The notes under the pieces are model-generated. The model was not told the origin of the DNA and made no database searches. It saw nothing but the letters and a program-made list of their open reading frames with translations. Of a stretch of DNA of 47,373 nt, positions 37,645 to 47,373 are shown piece after piece. A program made the position numbers and the translations under genes. Origin of the DNA: Chiloscyllium plagiosum (lineage: Eukaryota); NCBI RefSeq assembly GCF_004010195.1, contig NC_057755.1, forward strand, positions 10,734,158-10,781,530. The letters run 5' to 3'. Position 1 is the stretch's first letter, and each line of letters opens with the position of its first letter.

Positions 37645-38314
37645 TAATTTAACACCATCCAGCAATCACCTCCCTTGCGTGCCACAGCATTGTAGGGTAC
37701 ACCTGATCAGGTCCCAGAGATTATCCACCATTATGCATTTTAAGACATCCAGCGCCTCCTCTTCTGTAACATGGACATTTTGCAAGATGTCACCAACTAT
37801 TTCCCCACATTTTACTGTCCTCTACAGTAAACACTGATGCAAACTACTCATTTAGTATCTCCCTCATCTCTTGCGGTTCCATACATTGGCTCCCTCACCC
37901 ACGCACTCGCTCCCACACACACCCCTCACCCACACAAGATTCTCACCCTAGGTACCCTTTTATCCTTAAATGTATTGATGGAATCCCTTTGGATCCTCCT
38001 ATTTGCCAAAGCTATCTCATGTTCCCTTTTTTCCCCTTCTGATTTCCCTCTTAAGTATACTCCTACTGCATTTGTACACTTCTAAGGATTCACTCGTTCC
38101 CTGCTGTCTGTTCCTGGCATATGCTCCCTCCTATTTCTCAACAAGAACCTCAATTTCTCCAAGTCATCCAGCATTCCTGACACCTACCAGCCTAGCCTTT
38201 CACCATAACTGGAATATCCTGTCTCTGGACTCTGTTTTCTCATTTTTGAAGGCTTCCCATTTTCTAGCTGTCCCTTGACCTGCAAATATCCACCCCAATC
38301 AAATTTGAAAGTTT

Positions 38315-38597
38315 TTAGATTAGATTACCTGCAGTGTGGAAACAGGCCCTTCGGCCCAACGAGTCCACACCGACCCTCCAAAGAGTAACCCACCCAGACA
38401 CATTTCCCTCTGACTAAAGCGCCTGACACTATGGGCAGTTTAGCATGGCCAATTCACCTGACCTGCGCATCTTTGGACTGTGGGAGGAAACCGGAGCAAA
38501 CCTACGCAGACACAGGGAGAATGTGCAAACTCCACCCAAGGCTGGAATCGAACCTGGTGCTGTGAGACAGCAGTGCTAACCAGTGAGCAACCGTGCT
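38315..38597 (-). mobile_element. HE1/V-SINE-type SINE
   Basis: Reverse-complement V-domain and (AGATT)n tail. Confidence 0.85.
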
Positions 38598-39026
38598 GTG
38601 AGTTCTTGCCGAATAATGTCAAAATTAGCCTTCCTCTAATGTAGAACTTCATCTTTTTAGATCTGGTCTATCCTTTCTATTGCTAATTTAAAACTAATAG
38701 ATTTATGGTCGCCGGCACCAAAGTGCTCCCGCAGTGACACCTCAGTTACTTGCCTTATTTGCCAAGAGTTGGTCAAGTTTTGCACCTTCTCCAATAGGTA
38801 CATCCACATACTGAATCAGAACATTTTCTTGTACACATTTGACAAATTCCTCTTCATCTGAACCCTTAACATTATATCAGCCCCAGTCTGTGTTTGGAAA
38901 GTTAAAACCCCCTACCATAACCACCCTATTATTCTTACAGGTAACTGATATCTTCTTACAGATTTGTTTCCCAATTTCCCACTGATTATTGGGGTGGGGG
39001 GGGTCTATACTACATCCCAATAATGG

Positions 39027-39642
39027 GGGTGGCATGGTGGCTCAGCGGTTAGCACTGCTGCCTCACAGCACCAGGGTCCCAGGTTCAATTCCAATCTTGG
39101 GCAACTGTCTGTGTGGAGTTTGCACATTCTCCCCGTGTCTGAGTGGATTTCCCCCGGGTGCTCCAGTTTCCTCCCACAGTCCAAAGATGCGCAGGTTAGT
39201 TCAAGCTAAATTGTCCCACAGTGTTAGGTGTATTAGTCAGAGAGAAATGGGTCTGGGTGGATTAGTCTTCGGAGGGTTGATGTGGACTTGTTGGGCCAAA
39301 GGGCCTGTTTCCACACTGTAGGGAATCTAATCTATAGCTCTCTGGTCTACCTGTACGGTGGCACAGTGGTTAGCACTGCTGCCTCACAGCACTAGAGACC
39401 CGGGTTCAATTCCCACCTCAGACAAGTCTCTGTGTGGAGTTTCCACATTCTCCCCGTTTGGGTTTCCTCCCACAGTCCAAACATGTGCAGGTTAGGTCAA
39501 TTGGATATGCTAAATTGCCCATAGTGTTAGGTGAAGGGGTAAATCTAGGGGAATGGGTCTGGGTGGGTTGCTCTTTGGTGGTCGGTGTGGACTTGTTGGG
39601 CTGAAGGACCTGTTTCTACACTGTAAGTAATCTAATCTAATT
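39027..39642 (+). mobile_element. Two tandem HE1/V-SINE-type SINEs (39027-39335; 39356-39642)
   Basis: Two heads TGGTTAGCACTGCTGCCTCACAGC, each followed by a V-domain and AATCT tail. Confidence 0.87.
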
Positions 39643-40084
39643 ATCCCTCACTTATTTCATTGTTCCATCTGAATATCTACCTAAATGTATTCCCAGGAAT
39701 ATTGAATCTAAGGGATAGCATCAAGGCTATACTTATCAAAAACTCTTGATAAGGGATAGCATTAAAACTGTATTCTTCCTCCTCTATTGCTTCCCCTCCC
39801 TCCCAACATCACCCCACCTTTCTATCCTTCCAATAGCATTTGTATCCTGGAACATTAAGCTGCCAGTCCTGTCTATCCCTGAGTCATGTATCTGTAATTG
39901 CTATGATATCCCAGTCCCACGTTCCTAACCATGCTGATCTGTTCAGACTCTTGCATTGAAATAAATGCAGTTTATCAGTCCTACCTCATTCTTTGTGTTT
40001 TTTTTCCCCCCGCCTTCCCTGACTGTTTGACTTGCTCCTTTTCCCAACTGTACCAGTCTCAGACTGATGTTTTTCCTCAGTATC

Positions 40085-41052
40085 GATAGTCACAGGTGAG
40101 GTGCCGGAAGACTGGAGGTTGGCTAACGTGGTGCCACTGTTTAAGAAGGGCGGTAAAGACAAGCCAGGGAACTATAGACTGGTGAGCCTGACATCGGTGG
40201 TGGGCAAGTTGTTGGAGGGAATCCTGAGGGATAGGATGTATATGTATTTGGAAAGGCAAGGACTGATTAGGGATAGTCAACATGGCTTTGTGCGTGGNNN
40301 NNNNNNNNNNNNNNNNNNNNNNNNNNNNNNNNNNNNNNNNNNNNNNNNNNNNNNNNNNNNNNNNNNNNNNNNNNNNNNNNNNNNNNNNNNNNNNNNNNNN
40401 NNNNNNNNCTCTACTTTTTGTCATTTACATAAATGATTTGGATGTGAGCATAAGAGGTACAGTTAGTAAGTTTGCAGATGACACCAAAATTGGAGGTGTA
40501 GTGGACAGCGAAGAGGGTTAACTCAGATTACAACAGGATCTTGACCATATGGCCCAATGGGCTGAGAAGTGGCAGATGCTGTTGAATTCGGATAAATGAG
40601 AGGTGCTGCATTTTGGGAAAGCAAATCTTAGCAGGACTTATACATTTAATGGTAAGGTTCTAGGGAGTGTTGCTGAACAAAGAGACTTTGGAGCGCAGGT
40701 TCATAGCTCCTTGAAAGTGGAGTCGCAGGTACATAGGATAGTGAAGAAGGCAATTGGTATGCTTTCCTTTCTTGGTCAGAGTATTGAGTACAGGAGTTGG
40801 CAGGTCATGTTGCGGCTGTACAGAACATTGGTTAGACCACTGTTGGAATACTGCGTGCAATTCTAGTCGCCTTCCTATCGAAAAGATGTTGTGAAACTTG
40901 AAAGGGTTCAGAAAAGATTTACAAGGATGTTGCCAGGGTTGGAGGATTTGAGCTATAGGGAGAGGCTGAACAGGCTGGGGCTGTTTTCCCTGGGGCGTCG
41001 GAGGCTGAGGGGTGACCTTAGAGGTTTACAAAATTATGTGGGGCATGGATAG
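40085..41052 (+). mobile_element. CR1 RT fragment (contains gap)
   Basis: [42 protein letters not shown]. Confidence 0.92.
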
Positions 41053-41299
41053 CTTTCTGTCTCTGACGATGTGGTCCCCGATTTGCCTGTCTTCCTCCTT
41101 TTAAAAGTGATGTTGTTTTGATCTCTTTTCCCTAAAGTTCCAAACCAAAGCAACAGCTTATAAAATAGTAATTACTGCTCCTGGAATTCGAGGAAATGTC
41201 TTCCAATCCAAAATACCTCAAAAAAACAAAGGACTCCTTCCAGCCACAAGCTTTTTCCGTCCTCCATCTTGGATTACCCAGAATCCTACTTCTTTTGGT

Positions 41300-43740
41300 A
41301 CTGCCTTGCATTCTGTTTTGTTTAAGTTGTTATAAAATGCCCGTTGAGGTTTCAGTTCCTGCCTGCAATTGTGACTCCTTATTGTTACTTTCTCCCGCCT
41401 GTGTCCAGGCACATTAATTGCAACTCACAGTGGATCGTCACTTACCTCACTGTATCTGAGCAGCTCCTTGAACATTGAGACTCAGCACCAAGATTCACTG
41501 TGAAAGAAATACTGAGCACTGACACTAATAATAACAAAAATCCTTGACCACTGACACTCATTGTGCAGGAAATCCTGAACCAGCCAGGATGTGCTGAAGG
41601 AAAAGTAAACAAAGTGCATGATTTCGTTTGCTGAGTGGATAAGGACATGGTAAACCCAGCGACTTACTCCCCGCTGGCTGCAAAATAAACCATTTGATGA
41701 CTGGAATCAAACGGAGTGTCAAATGATTGCCTTCAGTCATTCCTCTCAAACAAGGGATGTGAGACGTCTGGTTGCTCAGTGGGACATAGAGTAGATGGTC
41801 TATAAGATGACAATGTCATAATAAATAAAAACGGGAGGAGGCCGTTCGGCTCCTTGAGGCTGCTCTACAATCCAACAGGATCATGGCAGGTCCTACGGTC
41901 CTCATGTCCACTTTCCTACCCTTTCCCCAGAATTCGTCAATCCCTGACTGATCAGGAATCTGTCTCTCTCTGTCTTAAATACAGGACTATTACACAATAG
42001 CTCTTGGTGTCAAGGAGTTCCAAAGTCTCAACATTTTTTGAGGGTGCCACAATGGCTCAGTGTTTTGTGCTGCTGCCTCACAGCAGCCGGGACCCAGGTT
42101 AAACTCCAGCCTCGGGTGACATCAGCATGGAGTTTGCGCATTCTCCCCCGTCTGCCCGAGTTACCTCCGGGTGCTCCGGTTTCCTCCCACCATCCAAAGA
42201 TGTGCAGGTCAGGGGAATGCTAAATTTCCCACAACGTTCAGGGATGTGAAGGTTAGGTGCATTAGTCAGGGGTAAATGTCGAGTAATGGAGGACTGGGGT
42301 CTGGGTGGGATACGCTTCAGAGGGTTAGTGTGGACTTGCTGGGCCAAAGGGCCTGTTTCTACACTGTAGGGACTCTATGAAAGTAAATTCCTCCTCATCT
42401 CAGCCTTAGATTGATGCCCATTAATCCACTTACTTGCATGGGTACAGCCGCAACAACACTCTTGAAGCTTAACACCATCCAGGACAAGCAGAACGTGACC
42501 ATTCCCCCTGCAGCCCCACCCGCCCTCCTATTTATCTCTCAGACCCCTTGGGCCCCACCGCCAACATTCCTGATGAAGGGCTTATGCCTGAAACATCGAT
42601 TCTCCTGCTCCTCAGATGCTGCCTGACCTGCTGTGTTTTTCCAGCGCCACACTTTTTGTCTCCCACCATCCAGGATAAAGCAGCCTGCTTGATTGCAAAC
42701 ACATCTACGTACATCCAGCCTCTCCAACACTCAGGAACAGTGTTGCGTACCAGCTGCAAGAAATTCACTGAAGATCTTCATACAGCACCTTCCAAACACG
42801 TGACCACTTCCACCCAGACAAGGGCAGCAGATACATGGGAACACCACACCCTACACGTTCCCCTCCAAGTCAGTCACCATCTAGACTGGGAAATATATCC
42901 CTGTTCCTTCCCTGTCGTTGTGCCAGAATCTTGGAATTCCCTCTCCAAGGGCATTGTGGGTCAGCCTGCCGGCACATGGACAACAAGCACAACTCCTCCA
43001 CCTTCAAGGGGCAACTAGGGACGGATTATCACTGCTAGCCCAGCCCCAATGCCTGCATCAATGCATAAAGGAAATAAAGCTGACCTGGTAATTTGTGCTC
43101 ACGTAACCAATTGAGAACAGTTGTGGATTGAGATTCGTCCCTTGTGGCACCCGGCAGACCCACTCTGCCAACGCACAAATGCCTGATCTATTTTACTCCT
43201 TAGGGTCCTAGAGATGTACAGCATGGAAACAGACCCTTCGGTCCAACCCGTCCATGCCGACCAGATATCCCAACCCAATCTAGTCCCACCTGCCAGCACC
43301 CGGCCCATATCCCTCCAAACCCTTCCTGTTCATATACCCATCCAAATGCCTCTTAAACGTTGCAATTGTACCAGCCTCCACCACTTCCTCTGGCAGCTCA
43401 TTCCACACACACACACACCACCCTCTGTGTGAAGCTGCAGTTCAGATTTCCAATCAATTCTCGTTCATAATGATGGAATGCATTCATTTAACATTGCAAT
43501 AACTGCCACGGGGCCGGTATCCCTTCACCAAGACACTCTTTGTTTATAAGTGCACAGTATACAGGCTCCAACCAGCCAGCTCAAAGCCAGTGCCGAGAAT
43601 GAGGAGACCCTCCTGTTACCTTTCTTTACTTGCCTTTTCTCTCTTTGTTAAATTTATCCCCTACATGATCACTGCACAGTGGTAGAGCTTATATTTCCCC
43701 TACGTCACCCTTGTGTCCGTGGCTGTGTGTGTTTGTGTGG
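41300..43740. repeat. Segmental duplication copy B (paralogue of 11295-13250) with its own SINE (42043-42378), Penelope (42500-42660) and CR1 (43205-43430) insertions
   Basis: Colinear similarity to copy A outside the insertions. Confidence 0.85.
41446..41497 (-). other. Candidate 52-bp internal exon (copy B)
   Basis: TATTTCTTTCACAG acceptor and GAG|GTAAGT donor conserved with 11428-11479. Confidence 0.55.
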
Positions 43741-43819
43741 AGAGGAAGCCCTGCGTTGTTGGAGAGTCAGTCCTGAGAGAACGTTTCGAACTACTGAAGC
43801 TAATACAACATGGTTTGTG

Positions 43820-44272
43820 GACCTCACCAGTTTCCTCATTTCCCTTTCCCCACCTCACCCCAGTTCAAACCTGCCAGCACAGCACCATCCTCATGATCTG
43901 TCCTACCTGCCTATCTTCCTTCCCACCTATCCACTCCACCCTCCTCTCTGATCTATCACCTCCATCTCCACCCCCATCCACCTACTGTACTCTTGGCTAC
44001 CTTCCCTCACCCTCCTCTCTGACCTATCACCTCCATCCACCTATTGTACTCTTGGCTACCTTCTCCCCAGCCCCAGCCCCACCCCCACCCTCCCCTCCCC
44101 CTCCCATTTCTCTCTCCAGCCCAGAGGCTCCCTGCCTTCATTCCGGATGAAGGGCTTTTGCCCGAAACATTATTGACTCTCCTGCTCCTCGGATGCTGCC
44201 TGACCTGCTGTGCTTTTCCAGCACCACTCTAATCTCGACTCTGATTTCCAGCATCTGCAATCCACACTTTTG
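43820..44272 (+). mobile_element. Penelope-like 3' terminal repeat
   Basis: Pyrimidine-rich tract, then CCGGATGAAGGGCTTTTGCCCGAAAC and CTCCTGCTCCTCGGATGCTGCCTGACCTGCTG...CAGCATCTGCA. Confidence 0.78.
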
Positions 44273-45164
44273 TCTATGGTTTGTCTAATGCAGTTCCTCG
44301 AATTCAAAACCTGAGATGCCAGCCAGAGAAAACCAACTGAAACCTCATGGACCTTATAATTTCCGTTTATCTTCAGCAGATGGGGAATTTGGCTCAACAC
44401 TTCAACATCTGTTTGAACTGATGGAATTAGATCCTCTCCTTAACTCCTTTGAATTAAACTCTACCAACTACACATTGAGATTGTAATCTGAAGAATGAGG
44501 TTTGTACGCTTCTCCAAGGATAAGGTGACCACAGAAATTAGTCTTGTGCTCTGATTTAACTTGCACATCCCTTTGGGTGGGAATGAGGAAATCATTAATT
44601 TACGCGTTAAATAGTTCCAAGGAAAGGAGCGTCGACAATATATGACTGAACCCCTTGATTATGAGAGTCAGTCCCTTTCCCTATAACTCTGCAGAAAGCC
44701 ATAGTCAATCCTGATGGCAGCAGAGAACATGAGAATCTGGAAATGTTCAGTCTATTTCTATCTCGGCTTCCTACAGGTCATGCTCATCAAGGATACCCAC
44801 TTCCAGACTTCATAGAGCATGTTTAAATATGCTGCCTTTAATTGTACATTGATCTGAAGAGCTTCCACTCTCTTCCCCATTAGTCAGAGGGAGCTCGAGG
44901 AGCAGATATACAGGCAAACACAGAAAGGTACAACAGAAACAGAGTTATACTTGTAGCAGATTTTAACCTTGCTAACACAAACTGAGAGTGCCTTCAGTGA
45001 GAAAGGGGCAGATGGGGGTGACTCTGTGAAGTCCATCCAGCAGAGCTTGGTGTGCTAGTAGGTCGATAATCGCACGAGAGATAGGGCAGTGTTCAACCAA
45101 TCCCAGCGACCGAAGCCAGTCACGTGTTTGAAGTTTCAATGGGCAAGCATTTTGAACAGTCCAT

Positions 45165-45359
45165 CCTCTGCAGCTACACCGACACCAATCTCCCCCTTTT
45201 CCTCGGCTAAACCGATGACGATATTGGTGCTCTCACAAGGAGGTTGAACAGTTCATCAACTTCACCAACACCTTCAACCCCGACCTCAAAGTCACCTGGA
45301 CCTCTGACATCTCCCTCCCTTTCCTGGACCTCTACATCTCCATTCCCATTTCCGGCAAC
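45165..45359 (+). mobile_element. Penelope-like RT core fragment
   Basis: DD motif remnant (GATGAC at ~45214) then EVEQFINFTNTFNPDLKVTWT..SLPFLDL.ISI..SGN. Confidence 0.75.
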
Positions 45360-45424
45360 TAGCTCAGTGGTAGAGCGTATGCTTTGCATGAATGAGGCCC
45401 CGGGTTCAATCCTCGGCATCTCCA
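45360..45424 (+). tRNA. tRNA-Ala(TGC) pseudogene lacking the 5' acceptor-stem strand
   Basis: TAGCTCAGTGGTAGAGC D-arm, TATGC-TT-TGC-AT-GAATG anticodon arm (TGC at 45385-45387), GGTTCAATCC T-loop, 3' GCATCTCCA. The expected 5' GGGGATG is replaced by retroelement sequence. Confidence 0.85.
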
Positions 45425-45439
45425 CAGGTGTTTCTTCTG

Positions 45440-45900
45440 GGATAGTCAACATGGCTTCGTGCGTGGGAAGTCATGTCTCACAAACTTGAATGTGTTTATT
45501 GAGGAAGGAACAAAGGATTGATGAGGGCAGCGCGGTAGATGTGCTCTGTATGGACTTCAGTAAGGCGTTTGACAAGGTTCCCCATGGGAGACTGATTAGT
45601 AAGGTTAGATCTCACGGAATAAAGGGAGAACTAGCCATTTGGATACACAACTGGCTCAAAGGTAGAAGACAGAGGGTGGTGGTGAGGGTTGTTTTTCAGA
45701 CTAGAGGCCTGTGACCAGTGGAGTGCCACAAGGATTGGTGCTGGGTCCTGTACTTTTTGACATTTACATAAATGATTTGGATGTGAGCATTAGAGGTACA
45801 GTTAGTAAGTTTGCAGATTTGCACCAAAATTGGAGGTGTAGTGGACAGCGAAGAAGGTTACCTCAGATTACAGCAGGATCTGGACCAGATGGGCTGAGGA
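45440..45900 (+). mobile_element. CR1 RT fragment
   Basis: [34 protein letters not shown]. Confidence 0.9.
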
Positions 45901-45932
45901 GCCTTGGAGCCTGCCCCCACACGGGATCAATT

Positions 45933-46225
45933 GGCGGCACAGTGGTTAGCATTGCTGCCTCACAGCACCAGAGACCCGGGTTCATTTCCCGCCTCAGGCG
46001 ACTGTGCAAACTCCGCACAGTCAGTCATTCTCCCCGTGTCTGTGTGGGTTTCCTCCGGGTGCTCCGGTTTCCTCCCACAGTCCCAAAAAAAATGTGCAGG
46101 TTAGGTGAACTGCCCGTAGTGTTGGGGGAAGGTGTAAATGTAGGGGAATGGGTCTGGGTGGGTTGCGCTTCGGCGGGTCGGTGTGGACTTGTTGAACCGA
46201 AGGGCCTGTTTCCACACTAAGTGAT
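45933..46225 (+). mobile_element. HE1/V-SINE-type SINE, followed by a Penelope terminal fragment (~46230-46510)
   Basis: Head, V-domain and tail recognisable; CCTGATAAAGGGCT...CTGCTCAGATGCTGCC downstream. Confidence 0.83.
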
Positions 46226-46639
46226 CTAGATTTCTCCAGTTTCGCCTTCCCCCACCTTATCCCAGTTCCAACCTTCTAACTTGGAATCGCCCTCTTGACC
46301 TGTCCATCTTCCTTCCGCTCTGACCTATCACTTCCACCCCCACCTACATCTCCCTATTGCATTCTCAGCTACCCCACACCCCCTCCCTGCTCCCATTTAT
46401 CTCTCAGTTCCCTGGCCCACAAGCCTCATTCCTGATAAAGGGCTGATCAGATTCTCCTGCTGCTCAGATGCTGCCTAACCTGCTGTGTTTTTCCAGCACC
46501 ACGCTCTTCAAAACAAATGAAGGAGCATGAACGTGAATCACCATTATTTAAACAGGCCGGATAATAGAATGTGATCCCTTTTAGCACAAATAGTTTAACT
46601 GAAATCTAAAGGAAAATACAAATGTCACCAAGTTGAGCA

Positions 46640-47345
46640 AAGTCTCAATGCGCCTGCGTCAGAGCCGGGCGCCGACAGCATGCCAACGCGCCTGCGTCAC
46701 AGCCGGGCGCCGACAACTCGCCAATGCACCTGCGTCAGAGCCGGTCGCCGACAGCTCGCCAATACACCTGCGTCCCAGCCGGGCGCCGACCGCAAGTCGA
46801 CGCGCCTGCGTCCCAGCCGGGCGCCGATGGAGTCTCAATGCGCCTGCGTCAGGGCCGGGAGCCGACAGCAACTCAACGCGCTTGCGTTAGAGCCGGGAGC
46901 CTGCGCAGGAGAAGAAGCGCCTTCCCTGAAGTGATTCCCGGCCGTTGCGGAACGCGCGCGGTCCTTTGAAAGAAAAAAGAGAGAGAGAGAACAAAGATGG
47001 AGGTTTCAACAGAGTCAATCCCGGCACCACCGGAGGAACAACTAACAATCTCTACGGTTCAGGTCGGTGCTGGGATTTAAGTGACATAATTACCTTGATA
47101 GTGTGTGTGTGTGCTCGCGCGGGATTTCTGAACACGGGGAAGGAGGGAAAATCCGAGCCGTAGGCCCGGCCGGAAATGAGGTAATCTTTAACGTCATTGC
47201 GAGGCGTGCGCTGATTGGTGAACCGGGCTGTCAGGTAATGGGTCCGGCCAACCAGTGAGGGTAGGGCGTCACACGTGGGGGCGGGGACAAAAGGCAACTC
47301 AGCCTCTCCTCCCCATTCACCGCCCCCGGAACATCCAGCACCGTC
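46640..47345. promoter_or_regulatory. CpG island / housekeeping-type promoter
   Basis: CpG-dense versus the depleted rest of the window; ETS CCGGAAAT (~47170), reverse CCAAT CTGATTGG (~47211), E-box CACGTG (~47272), GC boxes GGGGCGGGG (~47278) and CCGCCC (~47320). Confidence 0.7.
46646..46905. repeat. CpG-rich tandem repeat, 38-bp unit x ~7 (CAAYGCGCCTGCGTCAGAGCCGGGCGCCGAC + ~7-8 variable bases)
   Basis: Unit starts at 46646, 46684, 46722 and onward at 38-bp spacing. Confidence 0.93.
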
Positions 47346-47373
47346 TGTAACACCCACCATCCATCCCCCCCCC

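Larger units (their letters stand above)
34377..40078 (-). mobile_element. Long decayed CR1 (3' end at ~34377), fragmented by insertions at 35358-35569 and 36295-37660 and by three SINEs
   Basis: Colinear minus-strand ORF2 pieces (NKFADDPKVGG at ~35745; endonuclease region ~38600-39960) resume across each insertion. Confidence 0.8.

Noticed and set aside
5936..46225. tRNA-like heads of the ~10 SINE copies as tRNA genes
   Set aside because: They lack a cloverleaf and anticodon arm and continue into the V-domain and LINE tail.
46646..46905. CRISPR-like appearance (conserved repeat with variable spacer)
   Set aside because: The variable parts are only 7-8 bp and related to each other, the context is vertebrate and no cas genes are present; it is a tandem repeat.
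46633..47360. ORFs across the CpG island
   Set aside because: Open frames on both strands are expected from high GC content and tandem repeats; no recognisable domain.

Overview
Eukaryotic (vertebrate) genomic DNA, most likely from a shark or ray, judging by HE1/V-SINE-type SINEs, CR1-type LINEs and Penelope-like elements. The window is dominated by nested retrotransposon debris and has three N-gaps. Three host gene remnants are recognisable: (i) a two-exon GPR139/GPR142-like class A GPCR pseudogene on the minus strand (1331-2389, internal deletion and frameshift); (ii) a minus-strand NACHT-LRR (NLR) pseudogene (5371-~10371) that has lost the Walker A/B half of its NACHT exon; (iii) a second, more decayed GPR139-like pseudogene on the plus strand (32663-33550). 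Other notable items are a two-LTR Gypsy element with a tRNA-Pro-type primer site and apparent integrase-before-RT order, a near full-length CR1, Penelope-derived minimal hammerhead ribozyme motifs including two TSD-flanked ~210-bp palindromic mini-elements, a 1.35-kb inverted templated insertion, a double fold-back hairpin, a ~2-kb old segmental duplication carrying a conserved 52-bp exon, a 5'-truncated tRNA-Ala(TGC), and a CpG-island promoter preceded by a 38-bp x7 repeat of NRF1/CRE-like motifs. No intact protein-coding host gene is visible. All calls are by eye; repeat boundaries are approximate.
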